A stretch of DNA of 64,000 nucleotides from positions 51,460,001 to 51,524,000 of the forward strand of contig NW_027361703.1 in NCBI RefSeq assembly GCF_039654945.1, read 5' to 3'. The notes under the pieces are model-generated. The model ran no database searches. It saw only the letters and a program-made list of their open reading frames with translations, and was not told where the DNA came from. The translations under genes were made by a program, and so were the position numbers. Positions 1 to 12,856 of the stretch are shown in pieces (the first letter of the stretch is position 1; each line of letters starts with the position of its first letter). This stretch comes from Dendrobates tinctorius. Its lineage: Eukaryota.

Positions 1-442
1 TGCTGAGCAGATATTATTGATTATTAAGAACCCAACTTTATTATTCATTGTGGATAATAAAAGGAAAAAAAAATCACACAGGAAGCACAAATATAATATG
101 CCTTTAAGACACAATTAGCAGCAAGGTGATTTATGAAGTATCTTAAATTGAAATCCCTGGTGATTAGATAGTCATTTCAATGTTTTACTGCTTTACAATT
201 ATGTCTAGTTTGTAGACACAAAGCTTTACAGAAATGAATAGTTGTATATGTTTTTCGTGTGTGATTACTTTTTTTTCTCACTTGTAAAAACTAACTATTA
301 ATATTATATGATTCTTCCTGAGATACAGAAAAATTGTGCTATCAAATTGATCAATTATTCTCTACAAATATGCAGATGTACACACAACCTTGTCATTACA
401 ATCTCATCTGAAAAAGTGCCAGTAATTCTTGACCATGCATTA

Positions 443-889
443 GGGCCCCGTCACACACAGCGAGATCGCTAGTGAGATCGCTGATTTTGTGACGCATTAG
501 CGATCTCTCCAGCGATATCGCTGTGTGTGACGGGGATCAGCGACCGGCCCTCCTGACGGGTATCGCTGATCATGCAGGATCGTCCTGGGCCATTTTCTGA
601 TCGTTGGTCTCCCGCTGGCCAGCATGAATCGCTGCGTGTGGCAGCGAGAGACCAGCGATCAGCAACGCGGGATGCTGGTTTCCAACGTAAATATCGGGTA
701 ACTAAGAGCCGCATGGCTCTTAGATACCCAATGTTTACATTGGAAGCCAGCTTGCTCACTGGTACTGATCGCTGGAGGGGCTGTCTATGTGACAGCTCAC
801 CAGCGATCAGCCTAACGATGTCCCAGCGATCCCATTCATGTCGGATCGTTGGTGGGATCGCTGGGACATTGTTATGTGTAACGGGGCCT
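443..889. mobile_element. PIF/Harbinger-like MITE
   Basis: Terminal inverted repeats GGGCCCCGTCACAC / GTGTAACGGGGCCT; TTA on both sides (440-442, 890-892); internal CAGCGAT/ATCGCTG motifs shared with the MITEs at 31403 and 38395. Confidence 0.75.
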
Positions 890-2596
890 TTACTCTTGCA
901 ATCTCAGGATAAAGCAAAATTAGATTACACCAGTGACTAAATAAAAGGCAATCATGGTGAAGGAAGTGAGTTGATACAAAAATGGAGCAATTTAATTTGT
1001 TGGAGAAGATTTTGATAATTTAAACACCGCTTTGATATTTTTTTTGCTACTTGCTCCCCGAAGTGGCATCACAAATGTATCAGTATCATCCCTACTTGTA
1101 GAAAAATACTTACCGGTCGCTGTCTTCTGCTGTTCGCTAGTCTTCCACTAGCTGTGACTATCCAGGACATGCCAGTGTTTGTTGGGCCTGCCAAAATTTA
1201 CTTCTCAATGAAAATCTACGGCAGACAGAACAAGGCTCCTATAGACTTACAATGAGAGGTAGTGACTGCTAACTGTGGCTCCTGGTTAGGAGCTGAGGTC
1301 TGAAAATTAGGGCTTGGGACTGTGGCAGCAGGGAAAAGCAGAAGACAGCAGCTAGTAAGCTATTTTACTACGGGCAGGGAGTAGATATTAGTGATATCAC
1401 TCTGGGGGTTAAATATAAAAACCCCACTTGAGTGGTGCTTTAAATACATTTCCAGACAATGAATATAATACAGTACCTTTAATCATTTGTAAGACGATAT
1501 TTATGTATGCCACATACCTTCTCTAATTTACATTTCACCCATTTCTAGACATTTGTAAAATGTAATATAAAATCTGAAGATTACAAGAGTAGGGAAGTCT
1601 GAAGAAGTCAGGCAAACACTGAAAGCTGGAAACTAGTTCAAAACTTTAAAAATAAATGACATTTATTTTCATGGTCAATATGGCATCTACATGTAATTTG
1701 AATATAATTTACAATTCCAAATTGCTCCAAAATTGAAAAATTATTCTAGCCTAAAAATAATAACGTATTCTTGATATATGTGGATATCTAGACAGACCAG
1801 GATGTATAATCACCCAGACTAAGTAATGTATCAATATTTTCTCTTTCTTGTTATGTATAAAGCACTTTCATCTGAAAGTGACCTACATAAGTCCCAGTAC
1901 AGTACATCAAATAATCCATTATTTAACAAATCAGTGAAGCACCTCCACAGAATGAAAGCAACCAATAGCTTTAATCCTGCTTCGATTAACTTCCCCCTCC
2001 ACAGAAACCAGACCTTAATTTATATCAATTTGCAGTAATCTTTGGAAGAAAATGCAACTTCACTTACACATGCTGTTTGACAGCAAAATGGATTTCACTG
2101 GCTTGTGGATGCCCTGTGATGGTGCTTAATAAAAATTGCTCTTGGAAACAATGAGGGAGGCTGAACACTTTTTGTATGCTTAAACAGTCTTTGTGGTTAG
2201 ATGGATGATGAGGGTTAATGATGTATGTTCTGCCTTTTTTCCCACTAACATATGCAGGCATCACTTTGATTACCGAGAAGACCTCAAGGACACTTTCACT
2301 ATAGTTTGAAGCCATCACTATAGGTAACCCTTACAAGTTCTTATATTAATATAGGTTTTATATTTTACATTACTAACAAGCTCATTTAGTTTTGGTAAAG
2401 TGATTACTATACACACAATACAGACAAAAACACAAATTAAATGTTAAATTACAAACAGATCATAATAATTTTCTAAGAAATGCTATGATATATTGTTAAC
2501 AGTGAAATTGCTCTTTTTGCAAGCAGGCACAAAAGAACAAGGGTGAAATGCAGATGTGAAAAAAGCTTGTGTACTGAAAACAGTCAGCAGTATATA

Positions 2597-3225
2597 CAAG
2601 TGCTTCTCACTAAATTAGAATATCATCAAAAAGTTAATTTATTTCAGTTCTTCCATACAAAAAGTGAAAGTCATATATTATATAGAGTCATTACACAAAA
2701 GGCCATTGCTAAAGAAGCTGGCTGTTCACACAGTGCTGTATACAAGCATATTAATGGAAAGTTGAGTGGAAGGAAAAAGTGTGGTAGAAAAAGGTGCACA
2801 AGCAACCGGGATAACCGCAGACTTGAATGGATTGTTAAGAAAAGGTTACTAAAAAATTTGGGGGCGATTCACAAGGAGAGAACTGCTGTTGGAGTCATTG
2901 CTTCAAAAGCCACCACACACAGACGTATCCAGGACAAGTGTCACATTCCTTGTGTCAAGCCATTCATGACCAATAGACAACACCAGAAACTTCTTACCTG
3001 GGCCAAGAAGAAAAAGAACTGTTACTAAGTGGTCCAAGGCGTTTTTTCAGATGAAAGTAAATTTTGCATTTCTTTTGGAAATCAAGGTCCCAGAGTCTGG
3101 AGGAAGAGTGGAGAGGCACACAATCCTAGCTGCTTGAGGTCTAGTGTGAAGCTTCCACAGTCAGTGTTGGTTGGGGGAACCATGTCATCTGCTGGTGTAG
3201 GTCCACTGTGTTCTATCAAAACCAA
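2597..3225 (+). pseudogene. Truncated Tc1-family transposon with degraded transposase
   Basis: TA followed by a terminus-like CAAGTGCTTCTCAC; translated fragments TQKAIAKEAGCSHSAV (HTH), GRKR and FSDESKF (first catalytic D), broken by stops and frame changes; no right end seen. Confidence 0.75.
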
Positions 3226-4945
3226 TTCTCTAACCTTTGTTTGCATTTTAAATATGCCGTTTACCATGCTGCAAAAATAGTGTTTGTTTTATTCTGTAGA
3301 GCAGTATAAATATGCATATACCAAATTGATACACAATAAATATTCACTATGAAAAATAAATCACTTGTTTATTTTTTGTGTGACCAATTGTAGTATTTAT
3401 TGCCACCATTTTGTGTTATAAACATCTTTTATATAGTCAATGGGAGGCAAAATCGCCAAAAAAGTAACTTCTGAAATTTTCTTTTTTATTTTAGCTATAA
3501 TTGACTTGTTACCTTTACTGATGAGTTGATGCAATCACAACATTTTTACAATGAAACTTTTTTAATTATAAAATTGGGAAATTAGTTTTTTTATTATATA
3601 TTTTTTATGCTTAAAACATTTTTTTAAGAATATTCAGTCCCACAAGGGGCTTGAGCATGCAACATTTTTGATAATACACTGTGCAACTTAAGTAGTACAG
3701 TGCATTATCCAACTTGTCAGTGTATAACTGACAGGTAGCCTTTTAGACCCTAACCTTTCTGGGATCTGATAGACTAAGGACTTTGGCAGCTATGAAGGCC
3801 ATTGTTATGCCTCACTGCCACAAAATCATCAACACTGCGTGAAATAGAAAGTCATCATCCTCAACCAAACTCCAAACATGCAGCTGTAACTACTGACATC
3901 GGCACCTGATGTGCTAAACTGCTGGGATCAGAGATAGCTCTAGTTCCAATGCAAGCACCAGAAATTTGACTGCAGAAGGCATGGGCAAAATTCTAATCTT
4001 GTGTCATCCCTGTTATGTAACTGCACATAGGATTGTGGGAAAAACCTGTCAATTTGTAGGAAGGGCTAAAACTTGTTGCATCATGAAGCCAACACCTTTC
4101 AATATGCCCCATTAGAGCATAAAGCTGTCAAGAAGGGAGGTCTATGCGCCAAGTTGGATACATTTCCTTAAACAGTTGCCATAGCAGCTAAATATCTGTC
4201 TGTTCTGGCCTCATATTATTGTGAGGCATATAAATGACATTGGGCATATTTATTAATACTATCTCAAAAAGGCTAACTTAGTTTAGAACAGTCTTAAATC
4301 AAAGTGGTTCATACTGTTTGATAAATCTGTCTATTTTTAAGACTGTCTAGTCTAAGTTTACACCTACTATTAACTGGCTTAATTTATGCCAGAATTGTTT
4401 CTACATTTTTGGACACATTGTGTTGCATGTTAGATCACTCCTCATTTCAGATAACCATCAGCAAGGTCACATCCTCTTATTGGACAAGTTGTAAAATGTG
4501 TCTGAAACATATAATGAATATGGTGGAAACCATAAAAGATTTTTGAGAGCAAAATTTGCAAGAGTTCTAACGTATTTAGCTTGATATATATACTCCAGTG
4601 TTTGTGGTGAAACAACGCATTTAAATAGGAATTGTAGCCAGGTCACAAGTGGCCGCTTTATGCTCTTATTTTATTTCCGCTGCTGCCCTAATTATTACGT
4701 TGGTTTTTTTTGTATTTTTCTTTAAACCAGCCATATAGTCCCAGATATATGATCATTTTTATTTTGTGCTAATTTCTATGGTCTTAAGGAGACATTATTA
4801 ACAGGATAATAAAGCAGAGCAGCCTAAAGGCACATCCTTTATCTTTAAACCTAATCCTAATCCTGTGAGCAGTTCTTCCTTGGTAAAGATGATAGAAAAT
4901 AGCACTAAATGAAAAGGCCCATATCTCTGGAGTGGAATGAGAGTT

Positions 4946-6442
4946 TGTCACGATCCCACCTGGTACCACCGATATGTCATGGACCGGGGGATGTGACCTT
5001 TGGCCGCACACAGCTATCACAGGCACAGGGGGGCTTATCTTACTTATTCCACCGCTGGCACCATGTGATAAGAACAGCAAGCTAGTCTTGCCTTAACAAT
5101 TTACCGCAGGGGGGTTTATTTTGGCTATCCCACCACTGCTACAATATGTTACAATCTGTCGGGATTTATGGATATCCCACTTTCTCAGTTCCACTTTGGA
5201 ACTTGCAGCTCTCCGGTGCCCCCCTTACCCTCAGGTCAGTCAGGGAACTACACCTAGGATAATTGGTCACCGGACAGGCCGCTCCCTGTGGACTGGCTGG
5301 TAAGCGCACTTCAGTGAGGGAATAATCAATGCTCTGGCCACAGCTACAAAAAAGCTTATAAAACCCCTTCTGTCACCGCCAGCTTCACTCACCCAACTGG
5401 GACCACACTTCGCTGCCACCAGCTTCAGATTTCTCCAGTTAATATTTAAAATTAATAGAGGGGTTCGAAGCAAACCCGAATCAGTAGCGTAATTAGCTTT
5501 TAGGCACATGAATTTGTCACAGAGCATGGAGGCATAACTAATAAATTTTATAGTGTATTCCCAAAAGATGGTCAGTGTTTTACAGAAGATAAAAAGGTTT
5601 TACGATATAAGACAAAAAAAGTATGTACAATGCAATTGCAAATAAAAGGGATTTAAAAGCAGAGATAACTTACATATTGCTTAGATCATTTCAGGCAGAA
5701 CCATGCTGGGGGTGGAGCCAGACATCGTAGTTCATGGATGATATCTTGTGGCACAGAGCTCCCAAGCAGCAACTAACTGGGGGGCTCAGTGCAGACTTAT
5801 AAGTCTGGGCTTGTGACATCACCAAAAGGGGCTGGCTGGTGACGGTTCTCCCCTTTCTCAAAGTACAGATTTGGGTCTTGAAAACTTACAACCATCATAT
5901 CTGGGGCTTGAGAACCTAGCAGAATATTGGCAGAACCATCATTCATCTTATATTGAAAATAGCTTTGTAATGACATCAAACACTAGCTGTTTATTCCACT
6001 CTGTTCAGGAGAACTCTGTTTCTCAGATTCTGTTGATGCTAGAATTTAGCAAGAACCACTGTAGTGAAGCCCGATCGGTGCACATTACCAAAATGTAGTT
6101 TTCATATTTTTGTCACGGACGAGGTCCAAGGTACAGCCCCTTTAATATTTCCCACACTTTTATATCCACCACATGTTGAGGACAAAGGAAAATCCTCTCC
6201 TGGCTAATTAACATTCCTTGCAGTGAGGAGGGGAGGAGGGGGACAGGGAAGACCTGGGGTAGTGTTACAGAGAGCTTGTGTGAAGCTGCAGGCAGGCACA
6301 GGGCTGCAATGTGTGACAAGGGGGAAGAAGAAGGGGGGTCACTTGCCTCTGTGTAACTGAAAGTTCTAGAAAAAGTGTAGAGAATGGAAGATTCTAGAAT
6401 GTTCCGTAGAAATCATACATGATATTTTACATTACCATTATA
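4946..6442 (-). mobile_element. Solo LTR (~1.5 kb)
   Basis: Starts TGTCAC and ends ...TACCATTATA (the related copy ends ...TACCATTACA at 10890); GAGTT flanks both sides (4941-4945, 6443-6447); AATAAA on the minus strand near 5115-5120 suggests the orientation. Confidence 0.7.
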
Positions 6443-9400
6443 GAGTTAAAAATAGGAATACTCAGAAGAGCAGCATGAATAAAATAATGGCATAAACTGC
6501 CCACTTTTGGCCTGGTGGCAGGGCCTTAACATAAAATGAAGACCTCAGATAGAAGGGGTTATCATATTACCAATGGGCATTTACTTCTCTACCAATTCTC
6601 TTTATGTTAAACTCCCAAGACCAAAATAAAAGTTTACCAGGGGATCTATTAGGGTTCCCTTAGTAATCAAATGCAAAATCCATGCAAATACTTTTATGCC
6701 CAAAAATGACAAATGTATTCTAGACTCCTTCAGACAGATTTCATTCTTCTGCCTGAAGGAGCCTCTGTGCTCTGAAAGCTTGCAAACATAGTTCTTCTCA
6801 GTTAGCCAATAAAGCTATCACTCCTAGAATACTTTTGAGGAATAAAAGTATTTACATCCATCAGCTATGACAAGTAATGCTATCTATATTCTTTTGCCGG
6901 GAATGCTGTTTTTCTCTACTGTTGAATTGCTATAATATTATTATGTTACTTACAATGCCCTTTCATAATATGTAAAGCAATTTTTAGCCAAGGTTGAATA
7001 TTTTGTATTCAGATTATTCTATTTCACATATATTACATAGGAATATACTTAGGAAAGTATGCCATATGCATTTTCATTTTTTTATTATTTATTTTATTAT
7101 TATTATTTTTTTTTAAGTACTCATTTTTTTCTTATAAAAAAGTAGCCTAACACCTATAAAGAAATTATATTAATGGAAACAATATACAAAATACAGCTTT
7201 TCCAAGGGCAAATGAGCAACCTCTATAATGACTCCTATACTCAGCAACACAAGAGCAAGCATACTATGGAGTGTCACAAAGATTCCCCACGGGGCTTTAT
7301 TACAGAAGGTGTGCACTATGTGTGCTGCTATGTGGGTCTTAATTACAACTAGAAACAATCACTGGTGTAATAAGGTATCGCTTCTTATTATAAGGAAGTT
7401 TGAAACCATCTTTATATATCTTTCCATATTGCTTTTTCCATTTTTGATGCTTTATAAAATTAATGACCATTTGCTGACAAGACAAACCTGCAGACAAAAT
7501 TAAATATCCCTGTAAATTGAACCTGATAAAATCTCATTATACACGTGCTAAAATAACCCAGCTAATTAAAGACATAGTGTTATTTTAAGTTGGCGTCCTG
7601 TCAACCATGACTATGACTGATGGTATACTTAATCAACTCTAGTCAGGGCAGTAAGGAATATTGCAATAAGACTCTATGATGTACCGCTTAAAAAAAGGAC
7701 CAAAAGAGATAAATTTCACCGATAAGGAAAATGGGATCACTTTATCTAGCCGGGATCCAAGTCTTCGTCTTCTTTCCACATATGATCAAGAAGTAGTTTG
7801 ATAAGGGACTATTCTTCTGTTAAGTGCAAGCTATGAACTGAGAAAGGAAGCACTATAAGGGTATACATTACCAGCTATGAAGCATCAATTATTAAGAAAT
7901 CTAAGAAATGCTTTGATGAGTGCATGAGGACTACTTGTTACTGCTAGTCAGTTAAAGAACTGATCGCCTAGAGTCGTTTTCCATAAATTACATGTAAAGT
8001 CTCCATTATACTGTATAGTATGTGACACTCCAGGATTTATAGAACATCAATTAAAGGAAACAGAAAATAATTATCACCTTCAAAATGTTAAAACCAATTT
8101 ATGTGGAAAATTGCCCTAAACTTACAAAGCATAAACTCCAAAGCAAGTATTGGATATAAATCCCATGCCACCACAACAGCCATGAGATAATTGGATGTAA
8201 GGAAAGCTTCATAAACAATGTAAATGTTATTTGTATATTATCAATATGCAGAAAAGAAGCAACACAATAATTATATTTCCTCCTGCATAAAAAGAAGACA
8301 TTCTATGAAAATCTAGATTTATCAACTGTAAAGACAACAGGTGTGAGGCGACTTTCATGACACTCCTGTTATGGTTTTGTTCTTTTTTGAATATAGAAAT
8401 TTTCTGTATGTTGTTTTTCTTCTATTTCTGCGAACATCTCCTTGGTTACAAAAAGCTAAATGGATGCTAAATTTGTACTTGTACAGAAGAAACACATAAG
8501 ACACAGCTATACTATTTGTCTCCATAATCTCATGCGCCATAGTGTCTAAGACAAATAGTTTTTCCGATGGTCTAATATTTTCTTTTTTATACACTAAGAA
8601 AATCTTTCTTTCCATTTTAAAGGATTGTGTAGTAATCTAATAAATACATGTTTAAGTTGAGAGCACTTTTTTATTTCAGCAAAAAAATCATCAATTAATA
8701 AAGTTATGGAAAATGTGTTAAGTATGCCCAGTTATGGACTGTTTGGACTGCAGATGATCATAGGGGGTCTCACAGCTGAATGTCCCTACATAAATGCGTT
8801 ACCTGCTGAGAGCTGGAATGTAAACGCTCATTTTCCATGCAGAGGGACTAACGCATAATGGCTCTCCTAGCCAAATCTATTAATTATAATATGGAATTGG
8901 CGGCTCTTGTGCACTAAGAGCTACATACATAGGAATGATTCACAGGCAAGTGAAGCCTGTTGAACATGTTTAAGTGGAACTTACCACTAGGAGAATACTT
9001 TCCAATAGTCTGGCATTATATTATAGACAAAGAGAAGCTTAATATATTGAAATTAAAATATTTGTGTTAGTTCCTGTCTCACCTGTTTGCCCTTCACCCC
9101 ATGGGCAGCGCCATGTTTTATTCCTGGGACTTTTGGTGCCAATAAATCAGGGAGTCATGAAATAATTAATTTTGGGTTTTGATTTCTCTTTCCTGAGAGC
9201 TCTAGCAGGCTGTCAGTTATTTAAACCTCTGAATCTCTGACTTTCACTCCCAGTCCATAAGTTTTTCTTACCTGGTCTATAGCACTATTCCTTGATCTTG
9301 TTGTAGCATCCTGGCTTATCTCATTTTCTGACCTTGGCATGTATTTTAATCACCTGCTTGCTTTCTGATTTTGTTTCTAATCTGACATCTTGTTATCAAC

Positions 9401-9449
9401 CTAACTTGGTGTCCATTACCACCAGCTTAGAAGCATCTGACTCTGTAGT

Positions 9450-9890
9450 CACTGTGTTACATTAGGGTGGTATATAAAACTGCAAAAAAAATATTTTTCT
9501 GGATTTAATTAGTCATCTATACAGTGTAACGTAGTTACTGTTACATTAAATTGGTATTTAAACCTCCCCAAAAAAGTTTTTTTTCTGGATTCATATAGTC
9601 ATCTATAGAGTTTAACGTGGTTACTGTTACATTATGGTGGTATATAAAACTCAAAAAAACTGTATACATTTTTTTCTGGATTCAATTAGTCATCCATAGA
9701 GTTTAATGTGGTTACTGTTACATTTCGGCGGTGCATAAAACTCCAAAAAATGTTAAAAAACATTTCTATATTGAATTAGTCATCTATAGATTTTAACGTG
9801 GTTACTGCTACATTTGAGTGGTATATAAAACTCCAAAAATAGTTCAATTTCTTTTTCTGGATTCAATTAGTCATCCATTGAGTTTAATGT
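9450..9890. repeat. Degenerate tandem repeat, ~85-92 bp unit, about 5 copies
   Basis: Recurring TTACTGTTACATT...GGTATATAAAACTCCAAAAA...TTTTCTGGATTCAATTAGTCATCTATAGAGTTTAA. Confidence 0.8.
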
Positions 9891-10389
9891 GCTCTGTGTG
9901 AAATTATGGCAATTTAAAATTTTTAAATAATGCTTGGCCTGCAACAATTGACCAAATTTTTTGGTTCATTAAAAATTGTCGTTTCACTTAATAGAGAAAA
10001 TTTGGTTTCCAGAAACCTACCTTCAACTGTTCGGTTTCAAAGCTGGACACTTGAAATGAGCTGCCCTTCCATGCCTTGAAGGTATTGTGCTGACCTGCTG
10101 CTAGTGTCTTGTCTGAGCGGCTTTTTAGTGTTGCCAGGGGGTCATAACAATACAGGCACTTTTGGCTGTCAACAGAAAATGCTGACAGGCTCACTCTGAT
10201 AATAAATTAACAAAGCATGGATTAGCCCTGACTTTTTCCAGTCCATCAGATGACAGCAGCAAATAAAGTGTTTATAATCTTCAATATTTGAATGAGATCT
10301 GCCAATTGTTGGATTCAAGGATCTATGGATGACTGGATGACCTTCCTTATATTTTTTATGTGCAAAAAGCTTTATGAGTGTATAAGTGC

Positions 10390-10890
10390 CACAACTAGCA
10401 GAATATCATCAGAACCATTATTCATCTTACATTGAGATTAGCTTTGTAATGACACCAAACACATGCTGTTTATTCCGCTCTGTTCAGGAGAACTCCATTT
10501 CTCTGGTTCTTTTGAAGCTAGAATTTAGCAAGAACCACTGCAGTGAAGCCCGATCGGCGCATGTCCCAATATGTAAGTTTCATATTTCTGTCACGGACGA
10601 GGTCTGAGGTACGGCCTCTTTAATATTTCCCACACTTATATCCACCACATCTATCCTCTCCTGGCTAATTAACATTCCTTGCAGTGAGAAGGGGAGACAG
10701 GGAAGAGCTGGTGTAATGTTACAAGCTGTAAATGCAGACACAGGCAGAGGCTGCAATGTGTGACAAGCTAAGGAAAGGAAGGTGGGTATAACCCCCCACA
10801 CTGACATAGTATAGTTCAGTGTGTAAATAGAAGATTCTGCAATGTGATAAATCTGGGGAATCTTACATCATATTTTACATTACCATTACA
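10390..10890 (-). mobile_element. Truncated copy of the 4946-6442 LTR family
   Basis: Colinear similarity to ~5915-6442 (e.g. GCTAGAATTTAGCAAGAACCACTG, CTCTCCTGGCTAATTAACATTCCTTGCAGTGAG); ends ATTACA. Confidence 0.75.
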
Positions 10891-11378
10891 GTTGGTGCCT
10901 TAAAGGGTGTATGGACAACCCTGCTTCTAATTTTTGGCTGCCGTTGCACTTAGTGCATAGCCTTTATGAGTCTAGGAGTACCATCGCATGACTATTTGAA
11001 TAGAATGTGTATGAGACAGTTTGTTTGTTCATCCTCATCCTTTCCTATTTGGTTTCACCTTCTTATACCTCACCTGTATTCCACTCTTTTGTTTGGTGGG
11101 AGTATTTTGTGTGATTGTAGTTTTCATTTATCCCTTTCCTTCTTCCCTTATTTGTCTGGTTAGTGTCATCTTATACACTTCAGCTTCACACCTCCCTGGG
11201 TGGGGGAGGGAACAAATAATGGATAATATATGAGCATAGCAAGTACATGACCACGGTGTCTTCAGCTTCTGGAGTAATCCAGAGGACAGAGAAAGACTAG
11301 GGCATCCTTATTTGAAGGGATTTGGTAGGCACCCACAGTTTGTAGATATTATGTGACAGCAACAGTGATAAATATATA

Positions 11379-12856
11379 CCGTAATTTTTTGACTATAAGA
11401 TGCACTTTTTTCCCCACAAAATGTGGAGGAAAATGTGGGGTGCGTCTTATAGTCCAGATGTACTGGCTCTGGCTGTGGTGTGGAGGAGGGGGAGCAGTTT
11501 TGGCGGAGCAGTGGAGAAATGAATATTCACTGCATTCCACGGGTGTGGAGGGCAATGAATATTCATTTTATGTTGGCACCCTGGTATTATTGGCCCCATC
11601 CAGTTCCTGGTATGATTGGTCTCATCCTTATTCTGGTATGATTGGCCCCATCCCGTTCCTGGTATGATTGATCCCATCCTTATTATGGAATGATTGGCCT
11701 CATCCCAGTCCTGATATGCATGGCCCCATCAGAAAAGATTAAAAAAACATTACACTTACCTTCCTTCACTCCCTCACAGTGTCCTACTCCAGCTTCCTGC
11801 TGCTACTGGCGGTCACGTGTGCCAATACTTAAGAGAACTGAATATTCATAATATTCATGTCTCTTAAGTATCGGCACAAGTGACCGCTGGCAGCAACAGG
11901 AAGGCTCTGGCTGACACTGCGCACTACTGAAGAGCAATGAATACTCACTGCTCTCTGCGATGAACAGTCCCAGTGAGTTTTCCGGCAGCTGTGCTCTGCT
12001 TGTGAGCAGCGCATGATTTCCCTGCCGTGCGCTGCTTACAAGCATTAAGCAGCTGCTGGCAGCGGAGCAGGACACTGTGAGGGAGCGGAGGTAGGTATGT
12101 GTAATGGTTTGTTTCTTTAATATGATGGGACCATGCATACCAAGATGGGGGTGGGACCAATCATGCCAGAATAAGGATGGGATCAAGCATACCAGGGCCA
12201 GGATGGAACCAATCATATCAGGAAAAGAATGGGACCATGCATACCAGGACCAGAATGGGACCAATCATATCAGGATAAGGATGGGAAAAGGATGGGACCA
12301 TGCATACCAGGACTGGGATGGGGCTAATCATACCAGGATAAGGATGGTGCCATGCATACCAGGACTGGGATGGGGCCAATCATACCAGGATAAGGATGTG
12401 GCCATGTATACCAGGATAGGGATGGGGCCATGCATACTTGGACGAGATGGGGACCCTGCATACCAAAATGAGGGATGAGGGTGATCATTCCTGCCAGGAT
12501 AAGGATGAAGGGGTCCATTCCTACCAGGATAGGGATGAGGGGGCCATGCATATCAGGCTACGGATGAGGAGGCATGCATACCAGGATGGGGATGAGGGCC
12601 ATACATATCAGGATAGGGATAAGGGGACCATCAATTCCAAGCTAGGGATGAGGGAGCCATGCATACCAGGATAGGGATGAGGGGATATGTGTACTAGGAT
12701 GGGGATGAGGGGACGAGGGGACCATATTTACCAGAATAGGGGATATTAAGTACAGAATTGACCAAATTTTTTGCTTCAGTTTTTTTTCCTAATTTTCATC
12801 TCTAAAACCTAGGTGCGTCTTATGGTCCAGGGCATCTTATAGCCTAAAAAATCTGG
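11379..12856. mobile_element. Non-autonomous Tc1/mariner-superfamily (pogo/Tc2-like) element with internal ~29-bp minisatellite
   Basis: TA-flanked termini CCGTAATTTTTTGACTATAAGATGC / GCATCTTATAGCCTAAAAAATCTGG; repeated GTGCGTCTTAT subterminal motif; internal GGGCCATGCATACCAGGATAGGGATG repeats. Confidence 0.7.

Noticed and set aside
4946-6318. Element bounded by TGTCAC...GTGACA
   Set aside because: No TSD at 6318; similarity to the 10390 copy and the GAGTT TSD place the end at 6442.
12104-12674. Repetitive ORFs (WDHAYQD...)
   Set aside because: Translations of the 29-bp minisatellite inside a non-autonomous element.
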